Assembly (NCBI RefSeq): GCF_014062315.1
Contig: NZ_JACGLT010000003.1
Location: 133,163 to 197,162 of the forward strand
Origin: Gelidibacter maritimus
GTDB taxonomy: Bacteria; Bacteroidota; Bacteroidia; Flavobacteriales; Flavobacteriaceae
DNA length: 64,000 nt
Direction: 5' to 3'
Shown piece after piece: positions 31,286 to 42,694 of the stretch (within the stretch, counting starts at the first letter, position 1; each line of letters opens with the position of its first letter). Made by a program: the position numbers and the translations under genes. The notes beneath the pieces are model-generated. The model did not search any database. It was not told the origin of the DNA and saw only the letters and a list, made by a program, of their open reading frames with translations.

Positions 31286-32716
31286 TTACTCTTCCTGTTT
31301 AGTATCATTTTTAGTATTGTCAATAGTGTTTTCGTCAGTTGTAGTGGTGTCCTTACCTTTTAAATACCCCGGTAAGTCCATTCCAGCCATGTTAAACATG
31401 TCTTGTAATGGTGGCACCGACTTGTACATTCCGGAAAGGAAATTGGCCGTTGATGATTTACCATCGCCATTGCTGCCGTTTTCCCAGACGGTAACCTTAT
31501 CGATTTTGATGTTTTTAATAGCTTCTGCCTGTGTTTTTACCAATTCCGGCAGCTTATCGGCAATCAATAGCAATACCGCATCTTTTGAATTGTTTCCGGC
31601 AGCTTTCACAATTTGGTCTAAACCTGCCGCTTGTTTGGTCAAGACTTCATAGAGACCTTGGGCCTCTGCTTGTGCCTTGAACAGTATGGCATCAGCTTCA
31701 CCTTTTGCTCTTCTACGGATACGCTCTGCTTCAGCCTCAGCGTCAATTTCAACTTTTTGCTTGTCTATTTCAGCCGGTACAATTATATCGGCCATTTGAG
31801 AGGAACGCTCGCGCTCTGCTCTGGCTATTTCAGCTTCTTTTTCCGCAGCATAAGATTCTTCCAAACCTTTTGCTGTCTGCACTTTTTCCGCTGCTGTAGC
31901 CACACGCTCCGCTTCCGCTTCACGTTGACGTCTTAAGGAGTCTGAATTGGCCACAGCAATTTTAGCCGTATTTTCACCTTCAACAGCTTGAGCATTGGCA
32001 GCAGCAACTTGCGATCTTTGATCCTGAACCGCGTTGGCCTCACCAATAGAGCCGTCTCTTACTTTTTCAGCCACCGATTTACGAGCAGCATTTATCGCAT
32101 GTGCAGCAGCTTCTTTACCTAAGGCTTCAATATATCCAGATTCATCAACAATATCAGTAATATTGACGTTTATCAATTTAAGACCTACTTTTTTCAATTC
32201 TGATTCTACACTTTGTGAAATGTTTGTCAAGAATTTATCTCTGTCGTTGTTGATTTCTTCAATGTCCATCGAAGCTACGACCAAACGCAATTGACCGAAA
32301 ATAATTTCTTTTGCCAATTCTTGAACATCAGACATGGCCAATCCCAATAAGCGTTCAGCCGCATTCTGCATCACACCTGGTTCTGTTGAAATACCAATGG
32401 TAAATCTGGAAGGGACGTTGACCCTAATGTTTTGTTTGGAAAGTGCATTGACCAAATTGACCTCAATGGACATTGGTGTCAGGTTCAAAAACGAGTAATC
32501 TTGAATAACTGGAAATATAAAGGCGGCACCACCATGGATACATTTGGCAGATTGGCCACCGCCAACTTTACCGTACACTACCAAAATCCGATCGGATGGA
32601 CAGCGTTTATAACGTCTGATAAGGATAATTAAAAATACAAAAATAAAGAGTATCGCAACAATGACTGCAATGGGCAGCCCTAAACTAAACGTCTCTTGTG
32701 TCAGCAGGAATCTCAT
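31286..32716 (-). CDS. flotillin-family SPFH/band-7 protein
   Basis: N-terminal TM segment, SPFH domain, and a long E/A-rich coiled coil (AEKEAEIARAERER...). Confidence 0.85.
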   Translation of the reverse strand: MRFLLTQETFSLGLPIAVIVAILFIFVFLIILIRRYKRCPSDRILVVYGKVGGGQSAKCIHGGAAFIFPVIQDYSFLNLTPMSIEVNLVNALSKQNIRVNVPSRFTIGISTEPGVMQNAAERLLGLAMSDVQELAKEIIFGQLRLVVASMDIEEINNDRDKFLTNISQSVESELKKVGLKLINVNITDIVDESGYIEALGKEAAAHAINAARKSVAEKVRDGSIGEANAVQDQRSQVAAANAQAVEGENTAKIAVANSDSLRRQREAEAERVATAAEKVQTAKGLEESYAAEKEAEIARAERERSSQMADIIVPAEIDKQKVEIDAEAEAERIRRRAKGEADAILFKAQAEAQGLYEVLTKQAAGLDQIVKAAGNNSKDAVLLLIADKLPELVKTQAEAIKNIKIDKVTVWENGSNGDGKSSTANFLSGMYKSVPPLQDMFNMAGMDLPGYLKGKDTTTTDENTIDNTKNDTKQEE

Positions 32717-33320
32717 AGGTTGTTGGTTTAAAGGGTTCTATTGGTTTAATGGTTTGATCGACAATAAGAATGCCGTTGCTGGTAACATCAACGACTTTAA
32801 TAATGGTGCCAGATTTTAATTCTGTGAAGGAATCCGTAAGCGCCTCAAGTTCGCGCAATGTACCTTGGACTCGTACACTGACCTTACCCATTTTTGAACG
32901 GTTTTCGCCAATGGTGAGATAGACTTCGCCAATGGCACCAATGGCATTTTTGTAATTTAATGTCCCGCTATCGGCGAGTTTTCTCATATAATGGAACATG
33001 GCCGCCATAATGGTCATCATGGCGAGACCTGCAATTACGGAAATTAAGACGGTGATGGATTTTGAAAAACCTTCGCCAATGCATGCAATGCCAGACCATC
33101 CAAAAATTGTGAAAAAGCCAATGAGATTTTTAAGTGAGATGAATTGAAATTCAATGCCAGTATCTGCATCAATGGACGTGTCAACATCATCAAAATCTTC
33201 ACCACCCTCAATGCCTATAAGGGTCATAATAACAATGATCAGAAATACGAGAGATCCAATAAGGGCAATCACCCAATAAAATTTGGCGAACAATTCTAAA
33301 TCTGAAAACCACTCCATCAT
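32685..33320 (-). CDS. NfeD/YqiJ-family membrane protein
   Basis: N-terminal TM helices plus a C-terminal OB-fold (GKVSVRVQGTLRE...IIKVVDV). It sits upstream of and overlaps the flotillin gene. Confidence 0.75.
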   Translation of the reverse strand: MMEWFSDLELFAKFYWVIALIGSLVFLIIVIMTLIGIEGGEDFDDVDTSIDADTGIEFQFISLKNLIGFFTIFGWSGIACIGEGFSKSITVLISVIAGLAMMTIMAAMFHYMRKLADSGTLNYKNAIGAIGEVYLTIGENRSKMGKVSVRVQGTLRELEALTDSFTELKSGTIIKVVDVTSNGILIVDQTIKPIEPFKPTTYEIPADTRDV

Positions 33321-33541
33321 AATCGGATAATTTTGAATTTATATTGAAATATAAGACCTTTAAAAATCTTAGACCATTTTTTTCGATAAAAGACGATTAT
33401 ATTTAAACCGATTTCTCAAAGCATGGTACGGTATGACCCCATAAAATTATAGTCAACCTTTTAATTATATGTAGATGATTGGAAGCTTTTGTTACAAAAT
33501 TTATTTTTTTTAACCAAATGCTGTGATAGACGCTATTGACT

Positions 33542-33958
33542 TTATTTTAAATCAAACTCAGTGTCGCACATTTCACATCTGTATTTGTGCTTGGTATAAA
33601 ATGGCAATGAAGAGAACAGAACACCAAATAGGAACCAAAAAAGTGATTTCAGGTCTTTGATAGTGGAGAATAGTTCTATATAAGAACTTTTACAATTAGG
33701 ACACCGGATGGAATTTCCCGCATCATCCAAGGAATATTTTTGAATGGCATTCAGTATGTTTTGTGCCTCTGCTGCTTGATAGGATAATACTTTCAATTTG
33801 ATTCCACCAATAGCTTTGCTTACCAACGGATCTGTATCAATGGTAAGATTATCAGATAAAAAAACTCGAATTCCATCAGATTCCAGTCGGCCTTTGATAA
33901 TCTGTGCCTCCGTAGAATATTGGAATACGGCAACAGTTGTAAAGGTTTCGTTTTTCAT
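33542..33958 (-). CDS. DUF2007-domain protein with C-terminal double CxxC zinc ribbon and TM helix
   Basis: VAVFQYSTEAQIIKGRLESDGIRVF is the DUF2007 signature. CPNCKS....CEMCD at the C-terminus. Confidence 0.6.
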   Translation of the reverse strand: MKNETFTTVAVFQYSTEAQIIKGRLESDGIRVFLSDNLTIDTDPLVSKAIGGIKLKVLSYQAAEAQNILNAIQKYSLDDAGNSIRCPNCKSSYIELFSTIKDLKSLFWFLFGVLFSSLPFYTKHKYRCEMCDTEFDLK

Positions 33959-34200
33959 AGGCCTAAATGCGCTAATTTATAAATTTTGGATCAAAGACGA
34001 CAAGTATTTTTAGACATGTAATAACCCTGAATTTCTATCTTTTTTTAAATCATTTTGTAAAGATACGAAGCCCTCAAAGGTTTTAAAAACCTGTGAGGTC
34101 TATTCTTTACAGACAGATCTTAAATAATTAACACAGAAATTACCAGGTCTTAATAATTTTTTAAAATCATCGTATATTTACGAATCAAATTCTCAAGCCC

Positions 34201-35991
34201 ATGATTCGTATTGTTTTCTCCCTCGCTTTTTTTCTGTATGCTTTCGTTTTACAAGCGCAAGTATCTTCAACATACAGTATTTCTTTTGAAAATGCCGTAC
34301 ATCACGAAGCCACTATCAACGCAACCTTTACCAATCTAAAAGAGGATGAAGCGACATTTGCCATGAGCCGATCTTCTCCTGGTAGATATGCCTTACACGA
34401 ATTTGCGAAAAACGTGTACAATGTAAAAGTGACAGATGGCAAGGGTAATGAGCTTAGCCCTACAAGACCAGATCCATACTCCTGGCGGGTCAAAGGCCAT
34501 GATGGGACCATAATGGTCAGTTATACCTTATTTGCCAATCACGGCGATGGTACCTACGCGCAGATTGACGAAACCCATGCGCACCTTAATTTACCAGCCA
34601 CCTTTATCTATGTTCCGGAACTGGAAGCACAAGAAATTGAAGTAACGTTTGAGGTGCGTGAGGATTTGAATTGGAAAATTGCAACCCAATTAAAACACCA
34701 AAAAGAGAATACCTATTACGCGAAAGATTTTCAATATTTTATGGATAGTCCGGTAGAGATTGCCAATTTCAGAACACGTGCTTTTAAGGTAGAAGATCAG
34801 ACGATAACTTTTGTATTGCATGACGATGCCGCTAGCGATGCACAATTGGATGCGTATTTTGAAAAAGTTAAAAAAGTGGTTTTGGAGCAAATGCAGGTCT
34901 TTGGCGAATTGCCTAATTTTGATTATGGTGAATATATATTCTTAGCTTGCTATATGCCAAATGCCACTGGGGATGGAATGGAACATCGAAACTCTACGTC
35001 TATTCCGAGTTCAAGGAGCTTATCTAAAGGCGGTCTTGAACTGAATATTGGCACGGTAGCCCATGAGTTTTTCCATATTTGGAATGTGGAACGTCTCCGA
35101 CCAAAATCTTTGGAACCTTTTGATTTCTCAAGAGCGAATATGAGTGGCGATTTGTGGTTTGCCGAAGGGTTTACCAGTTATTATGATGATTTGTCTTTAG
35201 TGAGATCAGGAATTATAAGTCGGGAGAAGTATATTCAAGGACTGGTCCGAACATTTAACTATGTGTGGACGTCTCCTGCAAGGCAATTTTTTACGCCAAT
35301 AGAAATGAGCTACCAAGCGCCGTTTGTGGATGCCGCACGGTCAGTGGATGCCACTAACAGGGAAAACACTTTTATCTCCTACTATTCTTATGGAAGTATG
35401 TTAGGATTGGCTTTAGATCTTTCCTTAAGAGAAAGAAATTTAAGCCTTGATGATTACATGACTATGGTTTGGAAAGCTTATGGTAGAACGGAAATACCAT
35501 ATACGGTAGAGGATTTACATGAGAGCCTGAACACTTATGCCGGAAAGGAATTTGGCGATCATTTTTTCAATAACTATGTTTACAAAAGTGGCATGCCTGA
35601 CTATGAAACTGTAATGGAGCCGATGGGCATGACTCTTATAACCAAAAATGATATTGAGTTCGGTGCATCGGTCAGAAATCAGCGTTTGGTGAGTAATGCT
35701 AAAATGGGTTCCTCCGCCTATGAGGCCGGTTTTCAAAAAGGTGATAAAATTCTTAAGATTGGAGCAATCACGATGGACGGACAAGCAAGCATAAATGCTG
35801 TGTTAAGTACGTTTAAAGTCGATGATAAGATTCCGGTAGTATATGAGCGATTCGGATCTGAGCATGAAAATATGCTTACTATTTCTACAGCTATTTCCTA
35901 TGATATGAAACTGATTGAAACCGACGAGAAGAAACTCACAAATAAGATCAAAGCGAACCGGTCGGGTTGGCTAAATTCTAAAATTCAATAA
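34201..35991 (+). CDS. M61-family glycyl aminopeptidase with C-terminal PDZ domain, secreted
   Basis: Signal peptide. HEFFHIWN carries the HExxH motif. PDZ-like GDKILKIGAI. Confidence 0.75.
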   Translation: MIRIVFSLAFFLYAFVLQAQVSSTYSISFENAVHHEATINATFTNLKEDEATFAMSRSSPGRYALHEFAKNVYNVKVTDGKGNELSPTRPDPYSWRVKGHDGTIMVSYTLFANHGDGTYAQIDETHAHLNLPATFIYVPELEAQEIEVTFEVREDLNWKIATQLKHQKENTYYAKDFQYFMDSPVEIANFRTRAFKVEDQTITFVLHDDAASDAQLDAYFEKVKKVVLEQMQVFGELPNFDYGEYIFLACYMPNATGDGMEHRNSTSIPSSRSLSKGGLELNIGTVAHEFFHIWNVERLRPKSLEPFDFSRANMSGDLWFAEGFTSYYDDLSLVRSGIISREKYIQGLVRTFNYVWTSPARQFFTPIEMSYQAPFVDAARSVDATNRENTFISYYSYGSMLGLALDLSLRERNLSLDDYMTMVWKAYGRTEIPYTVEDLHESLNTYAGKEFGDHFFNNYVYKSGMPDYETVMEPMGMTLITKNDIEFGASVRNQRLVSNAKMGSSAYEAGFQKGDKILKIGAITMDGQASINAVLSTFKVDDKIPVVYERFGSEHENMLTISTAISYDMKLIETDEKKLTNKIKANRSGWLNSKIQ

Positions 35992-36000
35992 AGTTAAATC

Positions 36001-36034
36001 GAAAAAAATCACGCAAAGTGCGTGATTTTTTTTA
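36001..36034. terminator. bidirectional rho-independent terminator between the M61 peptidase gene and atpC
   Basis: A7, then ATCACGCA-AAG-TGCGTGAT, then T8. Confidence 0.75.
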
Positions 36035-36055
36035 TTGATATTGAGCGTATTTTGA

Positions 36056-36331
36056 TTAGTCAACCAAAACAATCACTTTGTTATCTTTCATTTCTACAGT
36101 ACCGCTATTAATGTACATTACCCAACTGCCATCTTCTTGTGTGAATTGGGCTTCTTGGCCTTGAGCAATCTCTGCGTTGCCCTTGAACTTCACGGGGCCT
36201 TTTCCAAGAATGGAAACAATAGCGTCGTGATTGTTCAGCATTTGGAATTCACCATTGATACCCGGTACGGTAACGCTTTCAACATTACCACTTACGAGTG
36301 AGGCTTCTGGGGATACAATTTCTAAATACAT
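36056..36331 (-). CDS. atpC: F0F1 ATP synthase epsilon subunit
   Basis: N-terminal beta-sandwich pattern (LEIVSPE...V.S.TVPG..G.F.ML.NH). Length 91 aa. Confidence 0.85.
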   Translation of the reverse strand: MYLEIVSPEASLVSGNVESVTVPGINGEFQMLNNHDAIVSILGKGPVKFKGNAEIAQGQEAQFTQEDGSWVMYINSGTVEMKDNKVIVLVD

Positions 36332-36405
36332 AGTTTTATAGTTTGCAGTTGCAGTCCTCAGTCTGCAGTCACTGAAGACTGAAGATTGAAGACTGCCTAC
36401 TTTTT

Positions 36406-37917
<1,512 letters not shown>

Positions 37918-38048
37918 TTATCTGTTTAATGTTGAATTAACTATAAAAGAAAAACTTAATTGTCCAATCTTGTTGGGCAGTCTGTTTTTCGCGCTGCAAA
38001 GATATGATTTTTTAACTAATTATAAAGTGCTTTTATAGGCTTTTTTAA

Positions 38049-38080
38049 TCAAAAAAAACACCTTCTTTTGAAAGGTGTTT
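38049..38080 (-). terminator. rho-independent terminator downstream of the SGNH-lipoprotein gene
   Basis: AACACCTT / AAGGTGTT stem with a T8 run on the minus strand. Confidence 0.65.
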
Positions 38081-38103
38081 TAATCTTTGGCGCATCATCT
38101 TTA

Positions 38104-39720
38104 TTATCTTAATGCCGGATTATAATTTGTTGGATATTCACCTGGCTTTGCTTTATAACCAGCTGCAACAAAATTGGAACCGTATTTGGCGTCAATAGCT
38201 TTTAAGAACTCATTTGCCATAAGCGAATAGCCTCTTGATGTTAAGTGTACACCATCCAAACTTATTAATCCACCAGTAACTAATGCTGTAGTGAAAGTAA
38301 AGTCACCATCAGAAAATCCAGTTTCTGTTGCGGTTTGTAAAATACCTTTAAAATCAACCAAGGCTAAATCTTTTTGGTCTGCTATAGCTGCAATGGACTG
38401 GTTGTATAAATCAGTAGCAGCTTTGATATCTGCCTGCTCACTCGGAATGAGGACCCACTTGTCAGCTAATGGCAAGGTGACGCCCTCTACTGAAAATTGT
38501 CCTGCCAGTTCTTGAGGTAAGCCTTGAGCCATTAAGGCTTGAACCGAAGCCATATTTACGGTGCCAATAACACTGCTGCTTGGTAGTACTAAAAGATCAT
38601 CGGCAGTAGCCTGTCTTGCTTGACCATAAGTATTTGCCAGCAGGCCTGCCACCAATGGTGCAGCTTCTGCGGGTAAACCAAATTGAGCTATAAATGCTGG
38701 AAAAGTAGGACTTGCATTTAATGCGCCTGCTATTTGTGGCGCGATATTAGTTAAACTTTCATCGTTAATGACCACGGCACTTGCCGCTGTTTCTGAAAAT
38801 TCAATAACTCTTGAAGGGTCAATGACCGTGAAAATTTGATTCAAAGCTCCGAAAATTGAATTCAATAATGGAATTTGAGGACCAAAAGAAGGGTTGGATG
38901 GATCTAATGGATTGTGTGGTACGGTCGTAAAATGCGCTAAGTTTGTAACGTAAGGCACATTAGTGACAACCCCTTTAGCGCCATTACTTGTTAATGCATT
39001 CACTGCAGCTGAGAATGAAGCAGTAAACACATCAGGATCTGTAATATCGTTGCTTCCGTAAGTTGAAGGGTCTAAGTTGCCCAATTGGTAAACGCCTGTA
39101 CCTCCAGAAGTAGCATAAGCCAACACGTCATTACCACCAATTTCTGAGAGTGTAAAAAATGTAGGGTTTTGTGCAACAGCATCTCCAAGAACTGTGGCTG
39201 TCGCGCTTGAAGCCATACGTCCAAAATAAGGGTTTAAAGCAGCATAGCCAGGAATACCTAAATGGAAACTTTTGGCGCCAGGAATACCATAATTATTAAA
39301 CGGGCCTGATAAGACCTCTGTTATTTGAGTTGTTGGTACGGCATTTAAAGGTTTTGGTGCTGGACTTGGCCCTGTTAAATCTAAATATAATCGTGGTGCT
39401 ACCACAATATCAGAACCCAAAACAAAACCTCCAATATTATCTTTCATTAATGGTTGTGAAAAGGTACCACCACCGACATTTGAAAATATTCCAGACAGAA
39501 TATTAGGGAAAGAGTTTTCCTGCCCCTTGATAAAGAGCGCATTGTCTGTGTATCCAGCAGAGAAAGAGGCGCCTACTGCTACGTACGTTGATAAGTCAAC
39601 AGAGCCAGCAGTCAATTCCGGTAATGGCTCGGGCGCTGGGTTGTAATCATAGTCGTCATCACTACAGGCTGTAAAAGCAATCAGGATAGCGGACAGTAGT
39701 AAATATTTTATATTTTTCAT
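38104..39720 (-). CDS. SGNH/GDSL-hydrolase-like lipoprotein (start moved to the internal Met: MKNIKY...)
   Basis: Lipobox AFTAC. SGNH block III GGND (IGGNDVL), block V DxxH (DGVHLT), and a block I-like VAVGASFSAG. The longer ORF (to 39831) would overlap the upstream receptor gene by 98 bp. Confidence 0.55.
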   Translation of the reverse strand: MKNIKYLLLSAILIAFTACSDDDYDYNPAPEPLPELTAGSVDLSTYVAVGASFSAGYTDNALFIKGQENSFPNILSGIFSNVGGGTFSQPLMKDNIGGFVLGSDIVVAPRLYLDLTGPSPAPKPLNAVPTTQITEVLSGPFNNYGIPGAKSFHLGIPGYAALNPYFGRMASSATATVLGDAVAQNPTFFTLSEIGGNDVLAYATSGGTGVYQLGNLDPSTYGSNDITDPDVFTASFSAAVNALTSNGAKGVVTNVPYVTNLAHFTTVPHNPLDPSNPSFGPQIPLLNSIFGALNQIFTVIDPSRVIEFSETAASAVVINDESLTNIAPQIAGALNASPTFPAFIAQFGLPAEAAPLVAGLLANTYGQARQATADDLLVLPSSSVIGTVNMASVQALMAQGLPQELAGQFSVEGVTLPLADKWVLIPSEQADIKAATDLYNQSIAAIADQKDLALVDFKGILQTATETGFSDGDFTFTTALVTGGLISLDGVHLTSRGYSLMANEFLKAIDAKYGSNFVAAGYKAKPGEYPTNYNPALR

Positions 39721-39733
39721 TGTGAAATTTGTT

Positions 39734-42484
39734 TTATAGGTTGTTGATAGTCCATGATACATAATACATAGATCCGATTGATCCTGGACCAATAGCCGTA
39801 AAGTACTCTTTGCCAAGAACGTTGGTTGCACCTGCCTTGAATGTAGATTTCAATGAAGGAACGGTAAAGTTAATCTGTGCGTCAAGTGCGTGGTAGGCCG
39901 GAATGTCTCCGTCTCCAAAGGTAGCTTGCCAGTAGTAATCGTCACTCCATCTCCATGCGGTATTAAAACCAAAGTTTTTAAACAACTCCGTATTTCCGAA
40001 ATTGACTTTTACTTTATGTTCTGGGGTATTAAAACTTGTCTTAAAATCTGGGAATGCGGCTTGATCGAAATCTTGTTTAGTGTAGGTATAGCTGCCTCCT
40101 AAATCGAAGTTTCCAAATACTTTTGTAGAAAGCCCTATAGACCCACCGTAAGAATTGACATCTGCTTTAGAATTTGTATAGGTTTGATAGGCTTGATAAT
40201 CGCCATTAGCAATAGCCATAACAGAAAGTGAATTATCGCCTACAGTACCATAAAATGGAGCAATGACCACTTCACCGGAAATAAAATCTTGATACTTGTT
40301 GTAATAAACGCTCATGTCCACAATTACACGATCAATTTTACCTCTATAACCTACCTCAGCCGTTGTAATCTTTTCTGGAGTTACAAGCGCTGAATTTCCA
40401 ATCTCTAAATCGGCAGGATTTCCAGATTGTGCAAAGGCAGTTGCCGAAGACGCCAAATAAGAATTTGTATAAGCAGCACCTCCTGACTGGGATATTTGTG
40501 CAGGCTGTCCGAATCCAATTTGACCAGCAGCACTGATATCATAATCTCTAACGTAACGGTCTAAGTTACTTGGAGCAGATCCTACTAAGATAGCACGACC
40601 GGCATCAAGACCTATAAATAAATCCTGAGTGGTTGGGTTTCTGAAACCTGTTTGTACAGAAGCTCTAATATTATGGTTTTGATTCACCGTAAAACCAGCT
40701 GAGATTCTTGGAGATAAGAAACCGTCAAAAAACTCAGACTTGTCATAACGTGCAGAACCTGTCAATTTTAATTTCATTTCAGCACCTAAGTCAAATTCTT
40801 TCTGTAATTGGGTATACACTCCAAATTCTGAATACGGGATAGAGCCGTCAAAATCTGTGTAGATGGTTCCTGAAGAATTCAATTCATATTTTCTGTAAGA
40901 ACCACCAACTTGGATGTCAATGGCATCCCATAAGTGACTGAAGTTGTAATTAGCATCAGCGTGATAATACTTAGACTCATCTTTAAATTGAGAACCGGTT
41001 GCAAAGTCAGGATCTTTAATAATTCTATCAAAAGCTGCTTTAAACTCCGGCGTACCAGGCACTAAGCGTCCCGTTTCTGCGACGGCTCTTGCTGCAGCAT
41101 GTGCTTCCGCTTCCGTAGCACCACTGAAGGTTGCGCCAGCAAAAGTTTGAATGTACTCGCCAAACCATTGCTGATCTGATTTCCACGCCCGGTTAATATT
41201 AATTCCAGTAAAGACCATGTCGTAAGAATCACCCGCGTTATCGGAAACCACATAACCTCTAACGAAGAAATTGTCATTTCTTACTTCGAGTTTATGTTGT
41301 TGCTGGGTAAAATTTGTAATGGCATATCTATTGGTACCTTGATAAATTGTGGAGCCTGTTCCAATTTTACCAACATATTGAATTTCAAAATCATTGGCCC
41401 AAGGTCTTAAGTATAATCCCCAGTCTGCTTTGACACTTTCTGCATTATAATCGGTTAGATCACGCTCTTCATATCCCGTTCTACTGACGAGAACATCAGG
41501 AATAACACCTAAACCACCCGATGCGGCTCTAATATTGGTAGATACCTCATCACCATAAATATTGTAGCCATCGTAATCGATACTTGCTCTAGTGGCACCA
41601 CCGCCCGGTTTCCCGTCGTAGTTATTGGCAGTCCAGTCGGTTCCTTTCAACCATCCAAAGTTTACTTTTGCAGCAAAATAGTCGCTGAATTTATAGGCCA
41701 TTCTTATTCCGGAATCTCTATAAGTGTTATCGCCACTAGCGTCTTGAGAAGTGATACCTTGTTTGTGATAGCCGCTAATTCCTTGAAAATCGAAAGGATT
41801 TTTACTACGCATAAAAAGTATACCGTTAAAAGCATTTGCACCATATAAAGCAGATGCAGCACCTGGTAGTAATTCAACACTTAAGACATCGGTTTCATTC
41901 ATGCCCACTAAATTCCCTATTGGGAAGTTCAATGCTGGCGATGAATTGTCCATCCCGTCTACCAGTTGCATAAAACGCGTGTTGGCAAAAGTTGCAAAAC
42001 CTCTGGTATTAATAGATTTAAAGGTTAAACTATTCGTGTTGACATCCACACCTTTTAAGTTTTCCAATCCATCATAAAACCCAGCCGATGCTGTGTTTTT
42101 AATCTCCTTAAGACCAAACCTCTCTACCGTTACTGGCGATTCAAAAACGCGTTCTGGTGTTCTGGAAGCCGAAATGACCACCTCGTCCAAGGATGTTCCT
42201 TCTTGAAGTTGAAAGTCGATGGTTTGGGTGGCTGAAGTCACTTGTTTTGTTACCGACTCAAAACCGACACTACTTACTTGTATGGAAAATGGAGGCGATT
42301 GGGATGTGGTTAAACTGTAGTCTCCATCAAAGTCTGAAATAGTCCCAGTGGAAGTTCCTACAATAATAACATTGGCACCGGGTAAGGGTTGACCAGTTCC
42401 ATCGGTTATTTTTCCGGATACTGTAGTTTGCGCATAAGTGAGCGTAACACTTAACAGCATCATAATCTTAAGAATTGTTTTCAT
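39734..42484 (-). CDS. TonB-dependent receptor with carboxypeptidase-regulatory-like N-domain
   Basis: Signal peptide, CarbopepD_reg segment (VSGKITDGTGQPLPGANVII), plug (DEVVISASRTPERVFESPVTVERF), and a long beta-barrel. Confidence 0.8.
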   Translation of the reverse strand: MKTILKIMMLLSVTLTYAQTTVSGKITDGTGQPLPGANVIIVGTSTGTISDFDGDYSLTTSQSPPFSIQVSSVGFESVTKQVTSATQTIDFQLQEGTSLDEVVISASRTPERVFESPVTVERFGLKEIKNTASAGFYDGLENLKGVDVNTNSLTFKSINTRGFATFANTRFMQLVDGMDNSSPALNFPIGNLVGMNETDVLSVELLPGAASALYGANAFNGILFMRSKNPFDFQGISGYHKQGITSQDASGDNTYRDSGIRMAYKFSDYFAAKVNFGWLKGTDWTANNYDGKPGGGATRASIDYDGYNIYGDEVSTNIRAASGGLGVIPDVLVSRTGYEERDLTDYNAESVKADWGLYLRPWANDFEIQYVGKIGTGSTIYQGTNRYAITNFTQQQHKLEVRNDNFFVRGYVVSDNAGDSYDMVFTGININRAWKSDQQWFGEYIQTFAGATFSGATEAEAHAAARAVAETGRLVPGTPEFKAAFDRIIKDPDFATGSQFKDESKYYHADANYNFSHLWDAIDIQVGGSYRKYELNSSGTIYTDFDGSIPYSEFGVYTQLQKEFDLGAEMKLKLTGSARYDKSEFFDGFLSPRISAGFTVNQNHNIRASVQTGFRNPTTQDLFIGLDAGRAILVGSAPSNLDRYVRDYDISAAGQIGFGQPAQISQSGGAAYTNSYLASSATAFAQSGNPADLEIGNSALVTPEKITTAEVGYRGKIDRVIVDMSVYYNKYQDFISGEVVIAPFYGTVGDNSLSVMAIANGDYQAYQTYTNSKADVNSYGGSIGLSTKVFGNFDLGGSYTYTKQDFDQAAFPDFKTSFNTPEHKVKVNFGNTELFKNFGFNTAWRWSDDYYWQATFGDGDIPAYHALDAQINFTVPSLKSTFKAGATNVLGKEYFTAIGPGSIGSMYYVSWTINNL

Positions 42485-42611
42485 TTTAGGGAATTAGTTA
42501 ATTTTGGTTACCAATATAAATAATTAAATGGTATTTCGAATTGTTTTTTATTAAAAATTATGCATGCATAGTATTAATTGGGCGGAGCTATGCTTAGCTG
42601 TTTGTATACTT

Positions 42612-42660
42612 TAGACATAAAAAAAGACTAAAATCTACTCTTCTGTAGTTCTTAGTCTTT
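42612..42660 (-). terminator. rho-independent terminator downstream of glmS
   Basis: AAGACTAA...TTAGTCTT extended hairpin with a T7 run on the minus strand. Confidence 0.6.
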
Positions 42661-42694
42661 TGGGTTATGCTTAGAAAAATCAGTTGCTGGACTA

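Noticed and set aside
38104-39831. Long form of the lipoprotein ORF starting at MQPTFLAK…
   Set aside because: It would overlap the upstream TonB-dependent receptor gene by 98 bp and put 37 residues before the signal peptide. The internal Met at 39720 gives a canonical lipoprotein signal peptide and a 13-bp spacer.
42485-42694. glmS ribozyme / other riboswitch in the glmS-receptor spacer
   Set aside because: This region is downstream of glmS, not upstream, and contains a plain terminator hairpin. The glmS ribozyme is not expected in Bacteroidota.
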